DNA of 43,105 nt, taken from IMG/VR virus record IMGVR_UViG_3300045125_000155. One strand, 5' to 3'. Both the position numbers and the translations under genes were made by a program. Within the stretch, counting starts at the first letter, position 1. Every line of letters begins with the position of its first letter. Under the pieces are notes generated by a model. The model saw only the letters and a list, made by a program, of their open reading frames with translations. It searched no databases and had not been told where the DNA came from. The DNA is from a virus. Below, one piece after another: positions 23,891 to 35,127 of this stretch.

Positions 23891-24394
23891 TCAATCCTTC
23901 GCTTCAATTCTAGCCTGTAGTTCAGCAATTTTCAATCGCAACTCTTCGATTTCGATCATGGAATATTCCTGATATTTATCGTATTCACCAGCAATATACT
24001 TTGCAAATTTGTACCATTCTTTGCCAAGATCTCGCAACTGTTCGTTTTGTTTGCGAAGATCTTCTAGACCTTCTGATGCTGCATCCACATTATAGCAAAT
24101 CATATGCGAAACGTGATCAACGTCTTCAATGTTTCTACTAATATTTTTTGCTTCATAAAGAGCGTCTTTCAAATCTTTCTTGATTCTATCAATAGATGGG
24201 CATGTGATATCAGGAATAGGTCCCAAATCTTTTTTGCGTTCTTCAACCTGCTGCAAAAAACTATAATCACTTGTAGTATCCATTGGCAACATCCAGAGCG
24301 ATTTTTGCACCTTGATTGGCGTTACGAGCGGCAGCCTCATTTTTTCTTGCAAACCAGTTAAAATCTCAAAAATGTCGGCAACATCATCGAGCAT
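23891..24394 (-). CDS. Hypothetical phage coiled-coil protein
   Basis: PDITCPSIDRI...LEDLRKQNEQLRDLG motif. Confidence 0.6.
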   Translation of the reverse strand: MLDDVADIFEILTGLQEKMRLPLVTPIKVQKSLWMLPMDTTSDYSFLQQVEERKKDLGPIPDITCPSIDRIKKDLKDALYEAKNISRNIEDVDHVSHMICYNVDAASEGLEDLRKQNEQLRDLGKEWYKFAKYIAGEYDKYQEYSMIEIEELRLKIAELQARIEAKD

Positions 24395-25615
24395 CGCAGA
24401 ATTTTTTCCGTTTTTGCAGCAAATAAAATTGCCAACAACAAATGCAGTTGCTGGTTGGTTTGCGAACGCCCTGATATTTCTTGTGATGCTTGCAGTTGTT
24501 GGTCATTTGCGATTCCATGCTTGCAATTCTATGCACGCTTTGTGAATTTTGTCAAGAATTTTCTCTTCGGCTTTTTTGATAGCGTTCTCGAAACCCACAA
24601 CCTTGTATTCGGGTGAAACATAACCCGGTGCATCTATGTAATAGTCAAAAGTATCACCATGCAGATGCGTCACTTCACAAAGAACAACAAAATCGCCAGC
24701 GGTTGATGCGGTAAATTCACAATATGCATGTGGCATTCCGCCGCCGTCTTTACTTCGATGCCATCGAATTTTTCTGCTCTTTTTGGTGCTCATGTTTTTT
24801 CCTTAAAAAGACAACCATCAAAATATGACAGATATAATTTCTTAGCTTGCGTTTTCTTATCCATACTCCACAATTTAGCGCATATTCTTACTTCTGCCTT
24901 CCATTCATTAACATAAGGAAAAAATTTCCTCTTACCATCTGGTGCAAAAGCAACATATTCATAAAAATCATGATTGTCCCAAAATTTTCCCCTAGCCACT
25001 AATTTTGCGACGTTTACTTCACGCCATGTAGAAAAATTACCGGCAGTAGGATATTGACAACTTGCAATATACTTTTGTCTGCGTGTTATTTTTTTGCAAG
25101 TCATGTTTTTTCTCACGGACGCAAAGGACTCGGTTTGTTTTCCACGAATTCCTTGCCATATCTCTTGAGTTCCGCCAACAAATCCTCACGATCACGCTGT
25201 TGACGATCCAGTTTCGCCTGCTCGTCAAGCAGTTCTCGTTCGAGACTTTCGATCTTGTCTTCGTACCAATCAATCATCTTGACCGCATCGTCGATGATGC
25301 CCTCGCCTGCGTTGCGAAGATTGTCTCGGATGCACGCACGATCCTTGGCCTTATTGAAGTCGGGAAACTGACGACTCGCAACATATTCGTTGCCAAAATG
25401 CGTGGCAACTAAAATCATCTGCCACACCATACGGTCGTACTCGTCGCTCTTGGTGTGGTCCCACTTGTTTCGATAGTGATCGATCACTCGCATCAGGTCC
25501 ATCGCCACTTCGAGCGATCCATCGGTCTGACCACGAACAATGCTCATCAGATCACTGCAAATGGTGAGAATGGTTCTGCCACGCATGATCGTGGCGATGT
25601 CGTCGGGAATGTATG

Positions 25616-26101
25616 CCATTATGCTTGCTCCTTGATGAATTTCGACAAAGCCCTTTGCTGTCGCAGCATTTCTTTGGTTATGGTTTTTTCCGCCCATTTT
25701 ATACTGCCTTCGAGGGTTTTGCTACTGCCATACATTTCACTCAAGGAGTTGAACACAATGCGAACAGGATAGTATTTACCGTCACTCGACATAGACACAT
25801 GAGCATAGACGCTAATAAACCCTATATCCATACTAAGATATCGTATATCATTGAACTCGGTTTTGTTCCAACAATCACGCTCAATCTTCCACTTGAATTT
25901 TGATTTGGTTTTCATAGACTTAATTCTGTTTGTCTTCTTTGGATTGCGGAACTGGCGACTTGCAGAAATAGCAAAATTTTCGCCAACTTGAGTTTTTTTC
26001 CGACAATTGTTGCATCTAATCTTTTTTCTATATTGTGCAAACACCTTGTCCGCAGTTCCAAGAAGTGTTACTGCAATAATCTCCATTATGCTTGCTCCTT
26101 G
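25616..26101. repeat. 19-bp exact direct repeat CCATTATGCTTGCTCCTTG (25616-25634, 26083-26101)
   Basis: Read directly; on the minus strand it is RBS + TAATG junction. Confidence 0.9.
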
Positions 26102-26678
26102 TTGTTCATGGGCGTAACCGTGCAGATGTCAATTATCGGCTTGGTAATATGAAGCGGTGAGTAGATTGGCAACAAGAAAAGTTTCAAACACTCTTTGGTT
26201 GGCCATTTGCCATATGACCACTTAACGTTGTTTGGATTTTTCGCTTCTGGCTGTAGCACTCGATAGCCATAGATGCGTTGCCTTCGAGTCAGTTTTGACC
26301 TACTTCGAGGCGTGTTGGCGGGGTGTTGCTCGGGTTGCTCGTTTATTCATTGCTTGCTCGCTTTCTGCGGAACGTCTTGAATCACAATCTGCTTGCCCGA
26401 CGAACATCGACCAAGCACGAACGCCAAGCCGATTATACACACCAACACAACAATAGTCAAGCATCCAAGAGCCCGAGTCACGCCTCGCCAATCATCACTG
26501 GTAAACATTTTTATTATCCTATATCAAGGAAACAAATGATGATTGCTTGAGGTTTCGCCCCACTTGCCACAGCGAGTGCAACATTCTTGATATTCACTGC
26601 CGTAGGCGTGTTCAAAGATTTCGATGTCTTCCCAACGATGACCCACAATCTTGCACCATAGTTTCTGCAACACGAATC

Positions 26679-26990
26679 TCATTGGTTGGTTTCCTTGGCT
26701 CGAATTAATGCTCCACTGTTATCGGTGCGTTGAGCCGCTTCGCAGGCTCGGTCGTGAGTTTGAACATTCACTCGTTGCTGATAATCGGTGTTTGTCAAGC
26801 ACTCATGCAGGTCGTCATGGTTTCGCCATGCCATTACTTCCTCCGCAAGAATCTTGTTTTCGGCTTCGAGTGCTTCAATTCGAGCGTTTTTCGAATCGCA
26901 TAGTGCTTGCACGCACTTGCATGGCCCATACCAGTTGGGTTGGGTCGTAAAACAATTAACGCAAACGATTGGTCCTTGCGCTTGTGTCAT
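26679..26990 (-). CDS. EVxAWR...SGAL family protein
   Basis: RIEALEAENKILAEEVMAWR...AAQRTDNSGALIRAK. Confidence 0.7.
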   Translation of the reverse strand: MTQAQGPIVCVNCFTTQPNWYGPCKCVQALCDSKNARIEALEAENKILAEEVMAWRNHDDLHECLTNTDYQQRVNVQTHDRACEAAQRTDNSGALIRAKETNQ

Positions 26991-27277
26991 GGGTTGATTT
27001 CCTTGGCTGACATCAACTCTCCATTGCGAAGAAGGTGAGCATCGGTGGCTGAGCGTGCTTCGGCTAAATCTTGTGTGGTCCAAGTCAAAGCCGCCGCATG
27101 ATACTCGCTCTTCCATTTACGCCATGCCATCACTTCTACCGCAAGTGTAGAATAGGCCTTTTCGAGTGCCACGATACGCTCTTGAGCATCGGCGTGTAGC
27201 ACCCAATCGCCAGTGGGCGAAACATCAATCGAATATCCGCCGTGTCCAACGCCCAATCCAACATCGTATCGTTTCAT
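26987..27277 (-). CDS. EVxAWR family protein
   Basis: RIVALEKAYSTLAVEVMAWRK...EARSATDA. Confidence 0.7.
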   Translation of the reverse strand: MKRYDVGLGVGHGGYSIDVSPTGDWVLHADAQERIVALEKAYSTLAVEVMAWRKWKSEYHAAALTWTTQDLAEARSATDAHLLRNGELMSAKEINP

Positions 27278-27536
27278 TGCTTGCCCTTTGCTGGTGTCGA
27301 AGTGAATCGTTTTTCGATCATATAGCGAGTGAGGATTCATGGCTTGGTCTCCAACGTGGTGTCGTTCTTGATCGGTTCGTCCACAAGATTCATCGAAATG
27401 TTTACAAGGTAAAACTTGCCGTTGATGGTCAACACTCGGCTGTCGGTAGCAGAATACATGGTACCATGCACCACTCGACCAAAAACATACTGCTTCATGT
27501 TCAAGACCGCCATGTCCGATTCGGATAGATGCTTCA

Positions 27537-27767
27537 TTATTGCCTCGCTCGTTTGATTTGAACCACTTCGGTGGTCAGGTCGGGCTTGTCGATCACGGTC
27601 GCCTTGCCCGCCACCGCATCACGCACGCCATTGTTGTAGCCAGTAATGTGTCCGATGATGCCACGCACACCAACACAATACACTGAGATCAAAAACATCA
27701 CGAAGATAATCTCTATTATGACTCGGTCATTGCCACGGCGACCATTATTATCTATCATTATGATCAT
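27537..27767 (-). CDS. Small membrane protein, paralogue of the ORF starting at 31196
   Basis: TM helix then GVRDAVAGKATVIDKPD. Confidence 0.7.
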   Translation of the reverse strand: MIIMIDNNGRRGNDRVIIEIIFVMFLISVYCVGVRGIIGHITGYNNGVRDAVAGKATVIDKPDLTTEVVQIKRARQ

Positions 27768-29350
27768 GGCTTTGATCCTTTCATTATATTGTATGCGTCA
27801 TCAATCAACTTGTCGAGATTCGTGTTATAGTTTTTGTAGAAACACCGTGCGACGTTGCCCACCACGGGTCCGTCAACCTAAGTGTGCCCCATCGTGAAAC
27901 GGACGCAACAATCGAATCGCATATGTATCGCCGTTGAGATACAGCAACATCTCGTCAACACAAGAATGATTAAGAAGATATTCAAGTTTTTCGGTGGTGG
28001 TAAACACAACCAAAAGGATACTCCATCGCCATCTTGATGCTCGCAAAATCGCCTGTGCGATGGCAGGAGCGAGTTGTTCGGCAACCGAATGAGCGTCGCC
28101 CGCAACATCCCGCACATAGTGGATTGATTTTCCTTGCCAACGATGTCGATTCGAGGCATCACCTGTAGCGGCGGAACACTCACACGCAACACGGGAACCG
28201 TCAGGTCGTGGCACTGTGCGATTCTTGCTTACGAATATCGTTTGTCCACGGATTGACCCTACGAGCATACTCGGCTTCGATGGGAACGCACGGTACGGTT
28301 GAAATCGGGGTTTCGTGTCATCATCATATCTCCACGCTCAAAAAATCTTCGACCCGTGCGAATCTCGGATTGGCGTTTGCCAGCCAAACACATCGCAGGC
28401 GAGTTCGACCGGCATCACCCAAAACAACAAGAAAAGCGAATACAACAATATACCACACAAGCAGAATGATGATCCAAAATGGTCCAATCACCATACAGCC
28501 CATAACGGAATCAATGGTTTCGGTTTGTTGCTCATAGAATGTTCCTTTCGATACCGCACCGCAGGCACCAACATTTAGTTGACGGCTCACGATCATCGTG
28601 CCAATCAAAAATATCTTGATCCACGGCGATGTTGAGTGTCGATTCGGGTCGCCACCGATGCCCTCGCATCCAGCACACAATCTGCTTGATGGCATGAATC
28701 ACGAATGTTCCTCGGCTTGTTTGTGTGATTTTACGAATTGCCATACGACACGCCACCGCAAGTCGGTAGCGGTCGAGAATCTCGTTTGCCGAATCCTCAA
28801 GCAAGATTTGGAACGATTCGTACGTTTCGCCGTTGCCAGCATCGCCAGTCACGTTCCAACACACCACCCATCGCTGATGCGGATATTCCAAGTGATGCAC
28901 CTGACGAGTCCAAGTGATGTTCGGCGGCATCGCATAAACGGCATCGTCAAGCGAACGCTCGTAAGGAATTTCCCACAACTCCTCTTTGCCACGCTTCCAA
29001 AGTAGCCGTCGTCGCCATCCTCTTCGGTGGCACCTTTAAGGAGAATCTTTTCCCAGCCATCATCTGCCGCACAAAACTTGCGGCACTCGTCAATCGTCAT
29101 CGTTTCGTAGTTCATGGCTTGCTCCTGCTTGCCCCAACTCCTTATTCAAATCGTTGAGTGCCTTTGACAATCGTTCACGCCGCACGTTTTCGTTGCGTGC
29201 CTGCTCGGTCAAGCACATCGGCTCGCTACCCTTGGGATGTAGCAGTTCTTGAGCATACATCGCAACCTTTTCAAGTTTAACCAACCGATCTTCAAGTTTT
29301 TGTCGCATCATCCGCTCTCCGTCAGCAACACCGTCAAGATATACATCGTT

Positions 29351-29845
29351 GTCGCTCATGATTGCGTCCCTTTAACTCGCAACAATGCTCCGCAAAATTC
29401 AGTTTGCTCTCGTGCTTCATCCACCTTCTTTTTCAAGTCAAGCATAAAGGCAGATGGTTCTTGCGTCTCAATTCGCCAACCTGACCATCCTACAATGCAT
29501 CGTAAAGCACGCACTTCACTCGCTAAAACTTCTCGATCGTTTTCTGCTTGTTGAGCACGCATACGCCACTCGTTAGCGTTAGAAAGCATTTCGAACTGTG
29601 AAGATTTTTCTTTTTCAAGATCCTGTTTCAATCTTTCAATCTTGTTTTCCAACGCATGAATGTCTTCACAAATGCCGCAGTTGCGTGCGGGTTCGCCATG
29701 AACGCAACGAGGCTGTTCTATTTCTCGTTCCGCTCGACAATCCTCGCAACCACAATTCTTGCGACGACTCTCAATCGCCTGTTCGATCTGATTTTTGGTG
29801 AAACCGGTGAAACCCGCATAATCGTCGCTCATGATTGCATCCCTT
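29351..29845. repeat. 22-bp direct repeat GTCGCTCATGATTGCRTCCCTT (29351-29372, 29824-29845)
   Basis: One mismatch; brackets ORF 29356-29832. Confidence 0.85.
29356..29832 (-). CDS. EVxAWR family protein with Cys-rich N-terminus
   Basis: CGCEDC, CVH...CGIC, VLASEVRALR...EAREQTEFCGALLRVK. Confidence 0.7.
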   Translation of the reverse strand: MSDDYAGFTGFTKNQIEQAIESRRKNCGCEDCRAEREIEQPRCVHGEPARNCGICEDIHALENKIERLKQDLEKEKSSQFEMLSNANEWRMRAQQAENDREVLASEVRALRCIVGWSGWRIETQEPSAFMLDLKKKVDEAREQTEFCGALLRVKGTQS

Positions 29846-30748
29846 ATTTTGTTTTTTGACGCAAAAGATCAACTTCTTTTGCAAGCAATTCTGCTTCTAA
29901 TTTATATTTTTCTTTTTCTTGTGAGAGCATGTCGATTATCGTTTCCAATTGAGAATTATCGTTTGCCAAGCAATTCATTTTCCATTCTGTATTTTTTCTT
30001 TTTCTTGATATAAATCAAGAATAGAATTGATGGTTGGACAGGTTCTTATTTCCTCCAGTGTATCTTTTTCTTTAAACACCAAAGGATTTGCACCTTCGGA
30101 TGCCATCAAAGCACCCGCAAGCCGTAATCTGTAAATTTCTAATTCATTTTTTACTGCATCCAATTCTCTATCAAAATTTTCTTCTGCGCAAACGCAAAAT
30201 CTTTCAGAACCATGACATTTCGGGCACATGCTCATAATTATTCTCCTTTTTGCCAAAATAGACTTTCACGAGCAACATCTACTACGGCACTCATACCTGC
30301 AATAAACAATTCCGTTTCGTATCTGTTCGTACTTACAAAAACGACACGTCGCTCTCTTGCAGTAATACCAAGCGAAACTTTCTCATACAGATCAAATTTC
30401 TTGCTAGTAGCAACCCAATAACCTTCTTCGTTTTGATCTTCGGCTATGCGATAAACAACACGCACAGGCTTTTGATAATAGATGCCAGCCAAGTTGAAGC
30501 CTGCATACCAACCAATAGTGCCATCAGGAATTTGAGTTTCTTTTTTCACTGCTTGCCTCCAAATCGACCTGCGCACCACTTCGCCTAGCCATTCGCCAAT
30601 CATCAGCACGATCACATAGGGCCACACTAGCACAATCGCCATGTGTTCTCGCATCTCGCAATCGCCTCGAAACAACGATTGCATAAAGCCGACCACAAAG
30701 TTGCCGATGAGAATGTATCCAAGACAATCAATAGAATGTTTTGATTGG

Positions 30749-30998
30749 TCATGATTGGTCGCCTTTATCGGAAGCCTTTTCCATAGCATCGGCAAGCATG
30801 AAAGCCTTTTCCGCAAGAGCGTGTGGGTTTTCTGCCCACGGATTTACCTTTGAGACAATAGCCGACATAATATGACACGCAAACAGTTCACGCCGAGACA
30901 ACCCATGATGTTGAACATTTTCGTATCCATTCTGCCAAGGAATCATCGGCACAGGAAAAGCAGGAATATGCTTGATATTGTGTTTTCTCTTCGCTCAT
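30749..30998 (-). CDS. Small phage protein of the G(M/L)SxRxxFA...A(Y/F)xxADAM family (frameshifted start)
   Basis: GLSRRELFACHIM...AEKAFMLADAM. Confidence 0.65.
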
Positions 30999-32619
30999 GG
31001 ATTTTCCTTGACTTGCACAGTTTTCGCTTGTGCCATCAGGTTTTTCAATGACAGTCGCCTTTCCTGCAACAGCGTCACGAACGCCTGCATCCCAACCACT
31101 GCCGTACCCTGCAACGCCACCAAGAATTGCAAACAAAATACTGCATAAAATCACCGCAGAACTTTCTCCATCAATAATGCCACGCCGATTTTTCATCGCC
31201 CGTTCCTTTCCAAGTCTCGACCCGCCACCAGTCCCGCTTCGAATCCGACATTCAATGCGATGGGACTATGCTGTTCGAGTCCCTTATTGTATGCGTGAAC
31301 TCGCAACTTTTGCAAGCAATTCGGCAACATAAGGCACTTCATAGCACACATGACGATCACGATCCTCAAGCATTTTCTCGGTCAAATGCCGCACAATCAT
31401 TTTGGCAAAGAAAACGTCATCTTCATTGGCAACAATGTGATTGTTCCAAGGCTTCTTTTTCTGCTTTTCATTGTTCAATTCGATGCTGATTTCCTGCAAC
31501 GAATCGAGAGCATCAATATATGCTCGGTCACGCCGTTGAATGTAAAGCCACGGATTGAGCCACCACCACCAAGGTCGATACGATTGTTTGTTATTCATGG
31601 CTTTTTCTTTCTCTTAAGTGTAGTGTAGCCGCATTAACATATGCCATAGCAACATCGTTTGCATCAGCCGCAAAAGTTTCGGATGCTTCTGCAAGTTCTT
31701 CCAATCGCTTGCCTGAATATGTCATGCCACGGGCAACTGCTTCGGCACCACAAGTTCTTGGAACACGCTCGGCAACGCTGATATACAACGCCATTGCTTC
31801 AAGTGCTTGCTTCAACTGCTCGTTTTTATTTTGCAGTTCCGTGATTTGTTTTCTTTGATGTTCCCAAACACCAAAGTTTGGCGGTTCGTTTCTTAACGCA
31901 GGATGCTCGGGAGCAACTTCGCTCAAAGCCTGCTTGACTGCATCGTAAATACTTGCTTCCACAAAAGCGTTTTCACAAATATCTTGCTGAATGTTTAACA
32001 AGTGTCTGCCGAAATCAAAAAGCAATTTGCTCTGTGAATCAATGTGTTGCTCAATTTCATTGACACGCCAATCGCAATCACAAACAAGAACAATTTGTCC
32101 GCAATGATGCTTGGCGCGTTCAACGGTAATTGGACCGCTTGTTATTTCATCAAAATTTTCGCTCATTGCTTTTCCTCAAATTTTGCATTTGGTATCTTCC
32201 CAATTTCATGTTTGCCGCAATGTTTTGCTCCGCACCCGTGACATCTATGCTCATCTTCACAGAACGCATATCACACAGCCACAAATTTGATTGCGAGAAA
32301 GATTTCTAAGTTGATTAGATCTTTTAGCTCTTTCGAGTGCTCCTGATGACCTTGTAGCCGCCCGTGCCTCTGCGAGTGTCATAAATTCATTATGCGGTTC
32401 ATTTTTGCGTAGATGCTCGGCAGCATGCCACGCTCGTATCTCGGCAGCAAGAATCATGTTATCGGCTTCAAGCACAGAGATGCGAGCACGCTCACTTCTA
32501 ACAACCCCAATAATATATGCGAACTTCTGATCCAACGATCATCCGTGATCGTCGGTCGTCTTTTGACATTTCATACAGTTCTTCAAATTCATCGCTCATT
32601 GCTTGTTCTCCGACATGAT

Positions 32620-32995
32620 TTCGTGGCTTTTTACGCCTCTTAACAGCAAGTGCGGCGAGACAGATAGCATAAGGAAAACTATTGTTTTCTTGCCCAAGAA
32701 AACGACCTAAAGGTATTGAAATTATCATTTTCCGAACTGCATACGAAATGCACTTGATATACATCGCCCTTGTCTTTTACTTCCAATGCGTAAAGGTGGC
32801 TCTAGTGCCTTGAAATGTTCAACGACCATCCAAGCATGATACAAATTTGTAGATGGCCTGAAGTCTTGAAAATATGGCTCGTCAACATCTTGATTGATAT
32901 GATAAACGGGTGGTGCATCGCCCCACCCACGCTTTTCACGATCAACAAGCGTCCATTCCATAACTTTTTCTGCCACAAGTTGATCGATGTTCACT
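32620..32995 (-). CDS. Phage ABA-sandwich (BC1872-like) protein (frameshifted; ends approximate)
   Basis: IDQLVAEKVMEW...FRPSTNLYHAWMVVEHF...PYAICLAAL. Confidence 0.65.
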
Positions 32996-33194
32996 GCTCG
33001 TTCTCCAGTTTGTTTTGCATCAGCATTTTGTATGAATCGCTCGCAACGCAATCGACGCAGTATCCGTTCTCTCCGACCCAACACAGTCGGCACACCGCAT
33101 CCGAGCATCCTTTACACACCACAAGGTTGTTGTGGTGCTTGTGGTCGCCCGCAGGACAATCGCCCCAGTGCGATGGCTTGACGTTGGTAATCGT

Positions 33195-33461
33195 TCACCA
33201 TTCGTTGCTGCCATCCTTGTCCACAGCCGACTGAGGCATTGATCGAATCGCAACGTTGGGTCGAATCGTGCGATAATTCTTGCGAAACTCTTCGTCGCTC
33301 ACGATTTCCACGATCTCGCCTTCGGGTTCAACGATCCACTGACCCGCTTCGACCGTCAGGTAGCCGCTAAGTCCGTGCGGATGCTTGATGTCCATCTTGA
33401 ACTCGGCTTGAATGGCTCGCACTCGAACGGGACGCTTTTCGTATCGATAATCGTTGGTCAT
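33195..33461 (-). CDS. PGDYG-like small phage protein
   Basis: YEKRPVRVRAIQ...AGQWIV...VSDEEFRKNY. Confidence 0.6.
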   Translation of the reverse strand: MTNDYRYEKRPVRVRAIQAEFKMDIKHPHGLSGYLTVEAGQWIVEPEGEIVEIVSDEEFRKNYRTIRPNVAIRSMPQSAVDKDGSNEW

Positions 33462-34548
33462 AATTTTTTCCTGCATTTTGTTGTTTTGCGATGAGATTTG
33501 GTTGATGTGTTCACGCACCTTTTGGCGAGCAAATATCGGTCATAGATTTCATCATCGGTCGCAAGAATCGTGATCTTTTCATAAACACTTTCGGCAGTCC
33601 AATGTGGACGTTTCTCCATCGGACCACGGCTCTTTAACGTCTTCCAGCCTTGCGGCATCGCACTAGCCGCACCATCGAGTGTTGAGGGATATGGATGAAA
33701 TATCCCCTGAATTGTATGGGTGCCACCATGAATTATATGCAAATTCCCAACCATCTTGAATAGCGTGCCAATCTCGCAACTCATCGGTGGTATGAGTGCA
33801 TGAGTCAGAATATTGACTTTTGATCCGCTCAAGGTTGAGCCCTTTCGTTCAATGCACCTGATTTATCGGTGGTGGTTCTTATGTCGGTCAATTTTGCTTT
33901 GCCAGTGCGTATTTTTCCGTCCCCATCGAACCAGTCACGCCACGCCTTCACTTCTTGTTGAAGAACCGTGAGATGCTTGTGCATCAAGTTGATGATCGTA
34001 TCGAAGTCGGTCGTATTGCTTACGCATACCTTCAAGGTCGTGGGCAACAAACTCCACGCCGTCATAGATTGAGTTGTCCATACTCATCGCTTGCCTGCCT
34101 TTCGTGGCTTCTTGCCGCCCGCAAATTCAAGATTGCCGTGCTGCGCATGATACAACAGAGCGTTCCATGCCGACTGCAAAGTAAGTCCGTCACCCATCAC
34201 CCAATCGCGGCAGCCTTGCGATGGTGTTTTCCATGCGGTCACACGAACGTGCTTGCGACTCCCATGCGGGCGTATAGGTTTGAAATTGGAGCCTGAGGAC
34301 GAAACGTATCCGAGTTGATTCATTTGTTTCGGCGAATCTTGCGAGTATCCGAGTCGTTGCTTTTTCTTCATGGTTCGTCCTTCAAAATCTCATACGGCAA
34401 TGATTTGTGCTTCTGCATCGTTCGGGTCTTTTGCCGCCTGCTTGACGCACGCAACATGGACGTAGGTGTCAAACTCGGTGCAGAACACCAAGTCGCCACG
34501 ATCTTCGTTGCAATACCAACATGCTTGATTGTTCATATATCACCTCAA

Positions 34549-34679
34549 TGAACGAGAGTGGGAATCGAACCCACATGGCCTGCCCTCACACACCGGTCAT
34601 CATTTTGCGACGATGCGGAGGAGTCGAACCCCCATGGCACGCCTGTTTCTGACTGCTCACCAGAACAGTGTTCTCATTC
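34549..34679 (-). ncRNA. tRNA-like RNA with two T arms under one acceptor-like stem
   Basis: GAATGAGA/TCTCGTTC closing stem; CTGTTC-TGGT-GAGCAG D-like arm; GGGGG-TTCGACT-CCTCC and GTGGG-TTCGATT-CCCAC, both preceded by GCCAT. Confidence 0.55.
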
Positions 34680-34989
34680 AACAATCAACGATTATTATCG
34701 TACTTTTCTACTTCTCCAAGCAAGAATCACTTCAACGCAAGACAAGGTTAGCGGATCAGTAACAATATGCTTATTTGTCCAATGCTTGCGTAAATCTTTA
34801 GCGGCTTGTACAAGTTTTGCGTAAGTTTTAATCTCTTCTTCAAGCGTACTATTTTTATATATTTGCTCTTGCAATTCTTGCTGTAAATGCAATAAATTAT
34901 GTTCTTGACATGATTCGCATATTTTAGTTAAGTCATTACCGCAAAGATTGCATTGGCTCATACGTCTTCCTTATTTCTTGCGCAAAAAA

Positions 34990-35127
34990 CTGGACTACGA
35001 GAATCGAACTCGTACGAATCAGAAATACAGTTCTAGCCCATGGCTACTTTGCGAGATTCGGTCGCTTCTGTATTTCACCTTTTTGCCTTACCACCAAAAG
35101 GCGTGTGTCCCTCCACACCGAGTCCAG
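34990..35127 (-). ncRNA. 138-nt tRNA-like RNA with an expanded central domain
   Basis: CTGGACT/AGTCCAG acceptor, GTGTG/CACAC D arm, ACGAG-TTCGATT-CTCGT T arm, 9-bp GAAATACAG/CTGTATTTC enclosing two hairpins. Confidence 0.7.

Noticed and set aside
34549-35127. tmRNA (one- or two-piece)
   Set aside because: No GGGG 5' end or G3-U70 alanine identity and no tag reading frame; the elements carry D-like arms that tmRNA lacks
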